Of a stretch of 64,000 nucleotides of DNA, positions 32,493 to 41,983 are shown in pieces. The stretch covers positions 800,001-864,000 of the forward strand of contig CAXNJO010000001.1 in the NCBI GenBank assembly GCA_964202905.1, written 5' to 3'. The notes beneath the pieces are model-generated. The model had not been told where the DNA came from and made no database searches. It saw nothing but the letters and a program-made list of their open reading frames with translations. How positions within the stretch are numbered: position 1 is the stretch's first letter; each line of letters begins with the position of its first letter. The stretch is from Polyangiales bacterium. Its GTDB lineage: Bacteria; Myxococcota_A; Polyangia; Polyangiales; JADJQN01. The translations under genes and the position numbers were made by a program.

Positions 32493-33560
32493 TCAAGGGG
32501 CCGAATCGCCCTCGTCCGCGGACTCACGCCGCACGTCGAGGCAGCCGATGCGCCGGAAGACGTAGGGGGTGTTGATGTCGTAGGCGCCGTCGTTGTTGAC
32601 CGACTGGAACTCTTGACGCATCGCGTCAATCGTGCCGCTGAAGTGGTCGGGCGCGTAGTCGTGCGTGACGCCGAAGAGCTGCGGGCAGTGGTCGGCGACG
32701 AGGCGGTGCGTGCGCGCGCCGAAGGTGATCGCCGTGCCCTCCACGCGGCCGTTTGCGACCATCGCGTGCGTGGTGTCGTACTGGCCCGGCGCGCAGGGCG
32801 GCGGCGTGCGATCGGAGGGCGTGCCGTGCCAGATGCGCGAGCGGATCGTGCCCCTGACCGCGTCGCCCTCGCCGCGCTCGATGCGCAGCGTGAAGCGCAC
32901 CCACTGCCCGCCGAGCGCGGGCGAATATTGCAGCGCGCGCCACAGCCCGGCGATCGGGTCGTCGCAGGTCGTCGCCGCGGGCAGCAGCGCGCGCTGGCCC
33001 TCGACGCTCGTCGGCAGCAGCCCGGCGCTGCCCAGGATGAGGCGCCGCACGTCCTCGCCCGCCGCCCGACCGCCGCTCGTCTGCGCGGCCCCGGTGCCCC
33101 CAGCGGCCGCCTCGGTCGCGCGCTCTGGCGGCGCGCCCGCGGGCGTCGGCGTGGCCGCGGCAGGTGCGCCCGTGGCGAGCGCGACGGGGCTCTCGGGCGC
33201 ACGCAGCGCCTCGCGCGGGGCGGCCGCGCGCGCCGGTGCGGCCTGCGCGGGTGCGGTCTGCGCGGGCTCGGTCCGCGCGGACTCGGGTCGCTCTGCCTCG
33301 GGTGGTTCGGTCTGCGCGGGCTCGGGCTCGGTCTGCGCGGGCAGGGGCGGCGTCGCGGGACCCGCGATCGTGATGTCCATCGTCACGCCGCCGGCGCCGT
33401 GCGTGCCGCCCTCGCCGCCCGCGCGCGGTGCGCCGCCGAAGGTGAGCGAGCCGAGCATCGTCGCGACGTGCACGCACAGCGAGGCGAGCAGCGCGACGAC
33501 GAACGCCGTGCGGAGCGGCTCACGGCGACGGCGGACGGGCTGCGCGGGGGCCTGCGACAC
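32493..33560 (-). CDS. Membrane-anchored hypothetical protein with Pro/Ala-rich linker
   Basis: N-terminal TM (ASLCVH), PAQTEP repeats, Cys-containing C-terminal domain. Confidence 0.7.
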   Translation of the reverse strand: MSQAPAQPVRRRREPLRTAFVVALLASLCVHVATMLGSLTFGGAPRAGGEGGTHGAGGVTMDITIAGPATPPLPAQTEPEPAQTEPPEAERPESARTEPAQTAPAQAAPARAAAPREALRAPESPVALATGAPAAATPTPAGAPPERATEAAAGGTGAAQTSGGRAAGEDVRRLILGSAGLLPTSVEGQRALLPAATTCDDPIAGLWRALQYSPALGGQWVRFTLRIERGEGDAVRGTIRSRIWHGTPSDRTPPPCAPGQYDTTHAMVANGRVEGTAITFGARTHRLVADHCPQLFGVTHDYAPDHFSGTIDAMRQEFQSVNNDGAYDINTPYVFRRIGCLDVRRESADEGDSAP

Positions 33561-33565
33561 GCGGC

Positions 33566-34153
33566 TCAGTGTGCGTCGCGATCCGCGCCTTCGCCCGCGC
33601 CGCGCAATGCGCCCGATTCATGCAGCGTGCCCGCATCGCGTATCGACTCCGCACCGTCGAGCGCGCGCTGCACCTCCCGCGCGATCTCCGCCGACGCCGC
33701 GAGCGCCGCGTCCCGCGAGGCCAGGATGGTCGTCACCGTGCGCCCCACGATCGGATGCGACGAGCGCAGCCGCAGCCGCAGCGCGCCTGCATATCGCGAA
33801 GGCAGCCCGAGCGCCGTCACCCCCACGCGCGCGCCCTCGATCTCGCGCCACGCGACGTGCACCGACTTCCCGAAGAGCGTCCGCACGCGCACTCCGTCCG
33901 CCTCGACGAACACCGGCCCCTCATGCCGCTGCTGCGCGCGCACCGCGAGCAACACGAGCGCCGACACGAGCGCGAGGGCCCACGGTAGCCACTCGCCTTG
34001 CCCACGGCCGCGCGTCGCGACGTAGAGCGAGAGCGCGCCCGTGAGCGCGAGCGGCACCGTCGACGCAAGCGCGATGAGCCGACTCTGCGAGAGCAGCCGC
34101 GCGTCGCTGAGCTCGCGCCCCGCAGGGCGCTCGTTGCGCGGGATGGACGCCAC
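33566..34153 (-). CDS. Hypothetical 2-TM protein with bacterial PH-like domain
   Basis: Two TM helices followed by DGVRVRTLFG...VAWREI. Confidence 0.55.
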   Translation of the reverse strand: MASIPRNERPAGRELSDARLLSQSRLIALASTVPLALTGALSLYVATRGRGQGEWLPWALALVSALVLLAVRAQQRHEGPVFVEADGVRVRTLFGKSVHVAWREIEGARVGVTALGLPSRYAGALRLRLRSSHPIVGRTVTTILASRDAALAASAEIAREVQRALDGAESIRDAGTLHESGALRGAGEGADRDAH

Positions 34154-34269
34154 GCGCGCGAGCCTTGCGCGCGCCCGCCCGCACCGCAAACCCGCGCGCG
34201 ACGCCCCGCGGTTGAGGCGCACGGCGCCTGTGATAAGAAGCCGCGCCTCTCATCAAGGAGCCAGTGCGC

Positions 34270-34785
34270 ATGACGAATCCGACCGCGACCTTCGAGACCA
34301 GCCTCGGCGATTTCACCGTCGAGCTCTATCTCGACAAGATGCCGATCACCGCGAAGAACTTCCTCGACCTCGCGAAGAGCGGCTTCTACGACGGCCTGCA
34401 CTTTCACCGCGTGATCCAAGGCTTCATGCTCCAGTTCGGTTGCCCCTACTCGAAGGACCCGAACAGCGGCCGCGCGGGCACCGGCGGCCCGCCGCACGGC
34501 ACCATCGCGGACGAGCACCCGGCCGAGCACAAACTCAGCAACAAGCCCATGACGCTCTCGATGGCGAACACCGGCCGCCCGAACAGCGGCGGCTCGCAGT
34601 TCTTCATCAACACCGTCGACAACGCGCGCCTCGACTGGTTCTCCCCCGGCCCCTCGCGCCACCCCGTCTTCGGCAGCGTCACCTCGGGCGAGGACGTCGT
34701 CCGCAAGATCGAGACGGCCCCGACGCGCAGCGACCGCCCCGTCACGCCAATCCAGGTCAAGCGCATCGTCGTCACCGGCTACTGA
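34270..34785 (+). CDS. Cyclophilin-type peptidyl-prolyl cis-trans isomerase
   Basis: [44 protein letters not shown]. Confidence 0.96.
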   Translation: MTNPTATFETSLGDFTVELYLDKMPITAKNFLDLAKSGFYDGLHFHRVIQGFMLQFGCPYSKDPNSGRAGTGGPPHGTIADEHPAEHKLSNKPMTLSMANTGRPNSGGSQFFINTVDNARLDWFSPGPSRHPVFGSVTSGEDVVRKIETAPTRSDRPVTPIQVKRIVVTGY

Positions 34786-34870
34786 GTCCGCGCATCGCGG
34801 GCGCGCGCGGCGATTCACGTCGCCCCTGCGCGTGCCCGCGGTCGCCGTCGTCGTGGTGCACACCGTGGGC

Positions 34871-34890
34871 GGCTGAGCCGCGATTCAGCC
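34871..34890. repeat. Short palindromic element (copy 4; minus strand CTGAATCGCGGCTCAG)
   Basis: GGCTGAG-ccgcga-TTCAGCC; contains the stop codon of the methyltransferase gene; convergent context. Confidence 0.6.
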
Positions 34891-35643
34891 CGCGTCGTCG
34901 TGCGTCCCGTCGCCGGGCGCGCCCTCGTCGCGCATCGCGTCCCCGCGCGTCGTGACCCCTTCGCCGAGCATCGCGAGCGTCAGCGTGCGTGCCTTTCGTG
35001 CGCGCCGGGCGCCGAGCTCGACGCCCACCGCGTCGAGGCCCAGCGCGTTGGCGACGGCGAGCACGGTGCCGTGTCCGCAGAACGGGTCGACGATCACGCG
35101 CGTCGGCGTGAGGCGCAGCACCGCGTCGCAGGCGGCGCGGCACGCAGCGACGCCCATGCCGCGCGTCCACGTCGTCGCGCCCGCGTCGGGAATCACATCG
35201 GCCATCGCCTCCCTGCGCGCGCGCTCGCGAAGCTCGTGCGCATCGCGATGCGCCCACGCGACGAGGTGCGAATACGCGGCGCGCCCGCGCGTCACTTCGC
35301 CCGGGGCCGCGCGCAGCACGATGCGGTGGAAGACGAGCCCCGCGCCCGCGCGCTCGGCGGCCCGCGCGACGAGCTGCGCCTTGTCGACCCAGCGCCCCTC
35401 GGCCTTCGTGTCCGTCTGGTAGAAGACGGCGAGTCCGTCGCCGGGCACGCCCGCGAGCACGCGCGCCGCGGCCTCGACGAACCACGACTCCCACGCCCCG
35501 CGCGTGAGTTCGGGGAGCTCCGAGGCGTCCGGCAGCGAGGTGATCACCGAGCAGCCCGCGAGCACCCCGCGCGCCGCGAGCCACGCGAGCGCGTCCTCTT
35601 GATGTACGACGCGCGTCGGGGTGCGCGGCTCCGCTTCGGCCAT
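34885..35643 (-). CDS. SAM-dependent methyltransferase, N4/N6 amino-MTase-like layout
   Basis: N-terminal DALAWL..VITSLPD, C-terminal VDPFCGHGT..GVEL. Confidence 0.78.
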   Translation of the reverse strand: MAEAEPRTPTRVVHQEDALAWLAARGVLAGCSVITSLPDASELPELTRGAWESWFVEAAARVLAGVPGDGLAVFYQTDTKAEGRWVDKAQLVARAAERAGAGLVFHRIVLRAAPGEVTRGRAAYSHLVAWAHRDAHELRERARREAMADVIPDAGATTWTRGMGVAACRAACDAVLRLTPTRVIVDPFCGHGTVLAVANALGLDAVGVELGARRARKARTLTLAMLGEGVTTRGDAMRDEGAPGDGTHDDAG

Positions 35644-35678
35644 GCGCGAGGGTAGCGCGCGCTCCCTGCGCCGCATCC

Positions 35679-35718
35679 TTGACCGATGTCGCATCACTGT
35701 CATATGACACTGTCGCAT
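35679..35718 (+). promoter_or_regulatory. Putative promoter/operator of the MerR-vWA operon
   Basis: TTGACC (35679), palindrome TGTCATATGACA (35698-35709), three TGTCRYAT direct repeats. Confidence 0.6.
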
Positions 35719-36373
35719 GACGGCGACCGACCGGCTCTGGACGCTCCCCGCGCTCGCGCACGAGCTCGCCGCCGTGCTCGCGCGGGGCGGCGTCGTCCCG
35801 GCCGATGGGCGAGCGCGCGAGCTGCCGGATGCGCGCACGATCCGCTACTACACGACGCTCGGCCTGCTCGATCGCCCCGCCGAGCTGCGCGGCCGCACCG
35901 CGTACTACGGCCGCAGGCACCTCGCGCAGCTCGTCGCGATCAAGCGCCTGCAGGCCGAGGGCCTCACGCTCGCCGAGGTGCAGGAGCGCCTCCTCGGCCT
36001 CACGCCGCGGCGCCTCTTCGCGCTCGCCGATCTGCCTGCGCCGGGTGCGCCCGCGCCGCTCGCCTCGCCCGCGCCGCCCGCGTCGCCCGTGAAGAAGCCC
36101 GCGCGCCGCTTCTGGGAGCAGCCGCCCGCCCCGCGCTCGGTGCCGCCTGCCGCGCCCGCACCGGTGGTCTCGCCCGCTGCGCTCAGTGTCGGTGTCGCGC
36201 TCGGCGAGGGCGTGCAGCTGATCTTCGCGCCCGCGCGTCCGCTCCGCGCCGCCGACCTCAGCGCGCTCCACGCCGCCGCCGCACCGCTCCTCGCCGCGCT
36301 CGCCGCGCGCGGCCTGCTCACGCCGGATTCGCTCGCCGCATCGCTCGCCACTTCGGACGAAGGAGACCACTGA
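35717..36373 (+). CDS. MerR-family HTH regulator
   Basis: RTIRYYTTLGLL..P..GR.AYY..HL.QL..IKRLQAEGLTLAEV. Confidence 0.88.
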   Translation: MTATDRLWTLPALAHELAAVLARGGVVPADGRARELPDARTIRYYTTLGLLDRPAELRGRTAYYGRRHLAQLVAIKRLQAEGLTLAEVQERLLGLTPRRLFALADLPAPGAPAPLASPAPPASPVKKPARRFWEQPPAPRSVPPAAPAPVVSPAALSVGVALGEGVQLIFAPARPLRAADLSALHAAAAPLLAALAARGLLTPDSLAASLATSDEGDH

Positions 36374-38885
36374 TGACCGCTGCCGCCCGTCCGCTCCCGT
36401 TGATGCCCGAGGTCGCCGTCTCCCCCGCGCACGACGACGCCGGCTTCGGCGCGCTCCGCACCGCGCGCGGCCTGCTGCCGCTCCGCGCGATGGACGTCGA
36501 GGCGCGCGTCGCCGGGCTCGTCGCGCACGTCGCGCTCGCGCAGACCTTCGTCAACGTCCACGCCGAGCCGATCGAGGCGACGTACATCTTCCCGCTGCCC
36601 GAGCGCGCGGCGGTCACGCAGTTCCGCTTCGAGGTCGCGGGGCGCGTCGTCGTCGGTGCGCTGCGCGAGCGCGGCGAGGCGCGCGAGGCGTACGACGCGG
36701 CGATCGCCGCGGGCCAGCGCGCGGCCATCACCGAAGAAGAGCGCGCGGGCGTCTTCACGATCCGCGTCGGCAATCTGCTGCCCGGCGAGGCGGCGACGGT
36801 GCGCCTCACGATGGTCGGCCCGCTCGGTTGGGACGGCGACGAGGCGACCTTCCGTTTCCCGCTCGTCGTCGCGCCGCGCTACGTCCCGGGAATCCCACTC
36901 TCCGAAACCCCCTCTGGAGACGGGATATCGCCCGATACCGACGCTGCGCCCGACGCGAGCCGCATCTCACCACCGGTGCTGTTGCCGGGATTCCCCAATC
37001 CCGTGCGCCTCTCGCTCACCGTGCACGTCGCGGGGGACGCGGCCGTGCTCGCGGGGCTGCGCGCCTCGCTCCACACCGTCGCGAGCGAGCCGCGCGAGGG
37101 TGCGTGTGTCGTGCGGCTGCTCCCCGGTGAGCGCCTCGATCGCGACTTCATCCTGCGCTTTCCGCTCGCGGGGGAGGGCGTCGCGCCGTCGCTCGTGCTC
37201 GCGCCCGACAGCGAGGGCGACGAGGGCACCTACCTGCTCACGCTCGTGCCGCCGCGCGGTGCACGGGCCGCCGAGCGCGCGCGCGATGTCGTCTTCGTCG
37301 TCGATCGCTCGGGCAGCATGGGCGGCTGGAAGATGGTCGGTGCGCGCCGCGCCGTCGCGCGCATGGTCGATACCCTCGACGCGCGCGATCGCTTCGCGCT
37401 CTTCGCCTTCGACGACGCGATCGCGACGCCGCCGGGACTTCCCGCGGACGCCTTCGCCGCGGCCGACGACCGCGCGCGCTTCCGCGCCGTCGAGTACCTC
37501 GCGGGCCTCGGGGCGCATGGCGGCACCGAGCTGCTCGCGCCGCTCGAGCGTGCGGCTGCGCTCTTCGGCCCGGAGGACGCGACGCGTGAGCGCATCCTCG
37601 TGCTCGCGACCGATGCGCAGATCGCCAACGAAGATCAGGTGATCCACGCGCTCGCCCGGCGGCTGCGCGGCGTGCGCGTCGTCGCGCTCGGCATCGACAC
37701 GGCGGTGAACGCGGGCTTCCTCGAGCGGCTCGCGCAGGGCACGCGCGGGATGTGGGCGCTCGTCGAGTCCGCGAAGCGCCTCGACGCCGCGATGGACCGC
37801 GTGCGTCGCCTGATCGCGCCGCCCGTGCTGCGCGACGTCGCGCTCGCCGCGGAGCCGGGCCTCGCGCTCGTGCCCGACACGCGGGCCCCCGCGCGCGCGC
37901 CCGACCTCGTCGCGGGCGCGCCGCTCGTCGTGAGCGGCCGCTATCTCCGCAACGCCTCGGCCCCCGATCTCGCGCTCACCATCACGGCCCACGACGCCGC
38001 CGGCGAACCCTGGCAGACGCGCGTCGTCGCCCGCACCGCGCAGGGCGAAGAGTCCGCCGCGATCGGCGCGACGTGGGCGCGCGCGCAGGTCCGCACGCTC
38101 GAAGATCGCCATGCGATCCAGCGCGACGGCACGCTGCCCGCGCGCATCGTCGCAACCTCCTTGCGGTATGGCGTGCTCTCGCGCTTCACGGCCTTCGTCG
38201 CGATCGACGAGCGCGTCGTCACCGAGGGCGGCGCGCCCGCGCGCATCGTGCAGCCCGTCGAGCAGCCGCAGGGCTGGGACGGCGTCGCCGACGACGCGGC
38301 CGGGCACCCCTTCTTGATGGATGCGCTGAGCCTCCTCGATCCCTGCGCATTTTCGCCTTGACTGAGTTCTCCGGAGCTCGCCCCCGACGCGGCCAGCGCG
38401 GGGCTGCACGCCGCAGCATGGCGAGCGGCGGCGCGCCTCCGCCCGCCGCGCCAAGGCCACCGCGCTCCGAGGGCACGCCCATCCCGTGGTCTCCGGCTCC
38501 GTCGCCTGCGCGCGCGAAGGGCTCTTCGTCGGGCGCGCCCGCCACGCCCGCCGGCCCCCTCGACGAACGCATCGCCGACCTCGTCACGCGCCTCGACGCG
38601 CTCGATTCGTCCTCCTCGATGCTCGACACGCTCAGCGCCCTCGTCACGGGCCGCGACCTCTGCGCCGAGCTCCTCGCGGGCAGTCCCGACACCGCGCAGC
38701 GCACCACGCTCACCGCGCTCCGCGATGACCTCGTGACCTTCCTCGCCTCACCCGCCGGCGCGCTGACCCCCGCCGACGTCGCCGCGCAGCTCGCCGCCCT
38801 GCGCACACGCCTCCTCGACGCGCTTCGCCCCCTGCTCCCCGCGCCCGCGCCCCCCTTCTGGAAGCGCCTTCCGTTCGGGGGCTGA
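36373..38885 (+). CDS. VIT + von Willebrand factor A domain protein (in-frame stop at 38361; probable frameshift near 38340 extends it to 38885)
   Basis: VIT: QTFVN..IEATYIFPLP..AV; MIDAS: DRSGSM, GGTEL, ATD; SRFTAFVA; AGGAG RBS and TGATG coupling to MerR. Confidence 0.85.
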
Positions 38886-38973
38886 TGCGCGTGGCGCGCC
38901 CCCCGCCTTGGCCCGCAAAACAGAAGCCCACCCCGCACCGACTCGTGTAGCGTGTGACGTTGAGGTGACGCGC

Positions 38974-41592
38974 GTGCAACGGACGAAGTCGGTGCGGGGC
39001 TGGCGGGGGCTCGTGGTCGGTGGGGCGTGCGTGGTCGCGGGCTGTGGCCCGGGCGACACGCCGCCTGCGATGGATGCGGGGGCCGATGCGGGGTCGGCGT
39101 GCGAGGCGCCTGCGGCTCTCCCGATCGGCAACGTCGAGGGGCATCCGAGTCCGCTCGGGGCGGCTTCCGGCGAGGCGCGCGCGGGGCGTGTGACGGCCGC
39201 GGATCTGCCGCCGGATCCGGCCGATCTCGCGCGCTGGACGGACGGCGACTACGTCGTCGCGAACGATCGCGTCGCGCTCGTCATCTCGCAGCCGGGGCGC
39301 TTCGATCGCTACGATCCGCACGCCGGGCGCGTGCGCGGGATCGCGCGCATCGCGGACGGGCGGCTCGTCGAGCCGGCGGACTTCAGCATCGCGCTGCTCG
39401 GGCTCGGGCGCTTCGTCGTCGCGACGGAGTCGGTGACGGTGCTCGCGGACGGCAGCGCGGGCGGCCCCGCCGTCGTGCGCGCGGCCGGCAACCTCGTGCC
39501 GATCGAGGCCGTCGGCGATGTGCTCTCGGCGCTGCTGCCCGGGCGTCTCACGGGCTTCCCCGCCGCGCTCGATTACACGCTCTCGCCCGACTCCGATCGC
39601 GTCGAAGTCAGCGTGACGGTGCGCGCCGGGGCGAGCGGCGCGGGTGTGCGCGGGACCACCGCTGCATTTCTGCAGGCCTATCGAATGCCACCGTGGTCGG
39701 TCGAAGGTGGGTTTGGCCCGGTCACCGGAGCACCTCGCTACGTCGCCTACGAAGACCCGGAATCGACGAGCTACGCATGGCTCGCCGCGCCCGCGGCCGA
39801 TGGCACGCCGGGCACGCTGCGCCCGCTGCTCTCGACGAGCGGCTTCGACTTCTTCACCGGCGAGGCTGAGGGGGTCCCCGCGTGCGACGAGCGACGGTAT
39901 GTGCTCGGCAGCTTCGTGATCGGCGCGGACCGCGGGCTCCCCGGCGTGCAGCGCGCGCTCGCCCGTGAGCTCGGCGAGACGCTGCGCACGGTGCGCGGCA
40001 CGCTCGTCGGTGCCGACGCCGACGCGCTCACGGGCGCCCGCATCCACCTCACCAACGCCGACGGAACACGGCATGTCACGCGCGCGCTGCTCGACGCGAG
40101 CGGCAGCTTCACGCTCGAGGCGCCCCCCGAGGCGACGCAGGCGTGGCTGTGGCGCGAGGGCGCGCCGCTCGAAGGGCCGTTTGCGATTGGCAGCGATGGC
40201 GCGGTGTCGATCACGCCGGCGGCGCTCTCGACGGTGCGCGTCACCGTGCGGGACGCCGGGGGCACGACGCCGCTCCCCGCGCGGGTCGCGCTCTTCCCCG
40301 TCATGGGCAGCCCGCCCGAGGCGCCCGAGAACTTCGGTGAAGTCGTCGCGGGCCGCGGCCGCGCGCGCCTCGCCTTCGTCGGTGCGACGGGCGATACCGC
40401 TTTGCGCGTCGCGCCGGGCAACTACCGACTCGTCGTCTCGCGCGGCTGGGAATACGAGCCGCTCGACCAGACGATCACCCTCGCTCCCGGTGAGCGCGCG
40501 AATGTGCCGGCCAATCTCACACGCGCGTTCGAGACGCCGAACACGATGTGCGCCGACTATCACATCCACACGCATCGATCGGTCGACAGCGCGGACAGCG
40601 GCGCCGACAAGGTCGCAGCGCTCGTCGCGGACGGGCTCGAGATCGCCATTCGCTCCGAGCACGAGTTCGTGAGTGATTTCCAACCGCTCATCGATACGCT
40701 CGGTCTCGCCGACTACGCGCGTGGGCTCGGTGGCGAGGAGCTCACCACCTTCACCTATGGGCATTTCGGCGTGTTTCCGCTCGAGCCGGACGCGTCGCGC
40801 CCCGGGGGCGGCGCGGTGCCGTGGTTCGGGCGCAACGCCCCCGAGGTGTTCGCCGAAGTGCGCGCGCGGGCGGAATCACCCCTGCTCATCATCAACCACC
40901 CTCGCGCGGGCGGGCTCAAACAGGGTTATTTCACCGAGACGGGCTACAACCCCGCGACCGGCACGGTGACGCACCCGGAGAACTGGGACGAGCGCATCGA
41001 CGTGCTCGAGGCCCTCAACGCGAGCGATTTCGAGAGCAACCGCGAGGGCACGATTCGCGACTGGTTCTCGCTGCTCGCCTCGGGCCGCCGCGTGATGATC
41101 GTCGGATCCTCGGACAGCCACCGCACGACGGGTGATCCCGTCGGTTATCCGCGCACCTGCCTCGCGCTCGGCACCGACGACCCGCGCACCGTCACGCCCG
41201 CGCAGGTCCGCGACGCGACGCGCGCCGGCGCCTCCTTCGTCACGGGCGGCATCTTCCTCGAGGTGAGCGGCCCGATGGCCATCGGCCCTGGCGGCGAGGC
41301 CACCGGCGTCGGCCCCCGCGCCTCCCTCGACGTCGTCGTGCGCGCCCCCTCCTTCATCGACGTCAACCGCCTCGAGGTCCTCGTCGACGGCCTGACGACC
41401 GAGACCATCCCCATCACCGCCGCCGATGCCGATCCGCTCGACGGCACCATCCGCCTCCGCGCGACGCTCGAAGTGGACGTCGCCGCCATGGGCTCCTTCG
41501 TCATCCTCCACGCCGCCGGCGACGAGGCCCCCGATCTCGCGTATGGCGACCGCCCGTTCGCGGTGACGAATCCGCTGTTCTTGCGGCGATGA
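38974..41592 (+). CDS. PHP-fold (CehA/McbA-like) metallohydrolase lipoprotein
   Basis: Lipobox VAGC, DYHIHT, SEHE, GEE, GHFG, INHPR, SSDSH. Confidence 0.85.
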   Translation: MQRTKSVRGWRGLVVGGACVVAGCGPGDTPPAMDAGADAGSACEAPAALPIGNVEGHPSPLGAASGEARAGRVTAADLPPDPADLARWTDGDYVVANDRVALVISQPGRFDRYDPHAGRVRGIARIADGRLVEPADFSIALLGLGRFVVATESVTVLADGSAGGPAVVRAAGNLVPIEAVGDVLSALLPGRLTGFPAALDYTLSPDSDRVEVSVTVRAGASGAGVRGTTAAFLQAYRMPPWSVEGGFGPVTGAPRYVAYEDPESTSYAWLAAPAADGTPGTLRPLLSTSGFDFFTGEAEGVPACDERRYVLGSFVIGADRGLPGVQRALARELGETLRTVRGTLVGADADALTGARIHLTNADGTRHVTRALLDASGSFTLEAPPEATQAWLWREGAPLEGPFAIGSDGAVSITPAALSTVRVTVRDAGGTTPLPARVALFPVMGSPPEAPENFGEVVAGRGRARLAFVGATGDTALRVAPGNYRLVVSRGWEYEPLDQTITLAPGERANVPANLTRAFETPNTMCADYHIHTHRSVDSADSGADKVAALVADGLEIAIRSEHEFVSDFQPLIDTLGLADYARGLGGEELTTFTYGHFGVFPLEPDASRPGGGAVPWFGRNAPEVFAEVRARAESPLLIINHPRAGGLKQGYFTETGYNPATGTVTHPENWDERIDVLEALNASDFESNREGTIRDWFSLLASGRRVMIVGSSDSHRTTGDPVGYPRTCLALGTDDPRTVTPAQVRDATRAGASFVTGGIFLEVSGPMAIGPGGEATGVGPRASLDVVVRAPSFIDVNRLEVLVDGLTTETIPITAADADPLDGTIRLRATLEVDVAAMGSFVILHAAGDEAPDLAYGDRPFAVTNPLFLRR

Positions 41593-41681
41593 AGGGTGTT
41601 CGCCCCCTGACCATCGCTGAGAGAGACAGGGACAGAGGTGGATTCCGGCGTTCATCCCTCCGTTGGCGTCCAGTACAAGAG

Positions 41682-41738
41682 TTCCTGAACGACGAAGCGC
41701 CAGACTCGTGGAGTCCGGCGCTCGTCGATCCTCAGGAA
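41682..41738. terminator. Long imperfect hairpin downstream of the rhodopsin operon
   Basis: Nested complementary pairs TTCCTGA/TCAGGAA, CGACG/CGTCG, AGCGCC/GGCGCT, GACTC/GAGTC. Confidence 0.55.
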
Positions 41739-41749
41739 TTCTGAATGGC

Positions 41750-41983
41750 TCAGGAGGCGGGGCTGCGGCTCACCCAGACACCAGCCGCCATCATCGCGAG
41801 ACCGATCACGATGACGTCGAGGGGCGTGAGGAAGTGCAGATGCGCCTCACGAACCTGCAGGACTACGCCCGCCACGGTCGCAGCGAGACCGAACCATCCA
41901 AGCGTGCGGGAGACCAGACGATGTGCGCCAGAGGCTTGTTCCTCGAGCGTCTCCCTGCCCTCCGAGGCGTTCATCGTGGTCAT
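41750..41983 (-). CDS. Small two-TM hypothetical protein coupled to the rhodopsin
   Basis: ATGA overlap with the rhodopsin stop; hydrophobic LGWFGLAATVAGVVL and VIVIGLAMMAAGVWV. Confidence 0.6.
   Translation of the reverse strand: MTTMNASEGRETLEEQASGAHRLVSRTLGWFGLAATVAGVVLQVREAHLHFLTPLDVIVIGLAMMAAGVWVSRSPAS

Noticed and set aside
34885..35643. Restriction-modification system
   Set aside because: No nuclease or specificity gene nearby, and the catalytic motif is degenerate
35717..36373. MerR protein as a CarA/CarH B12 photoreceptor or a metal sensor
   Set aside because: No B12-binding domain motif and no Cys ligands
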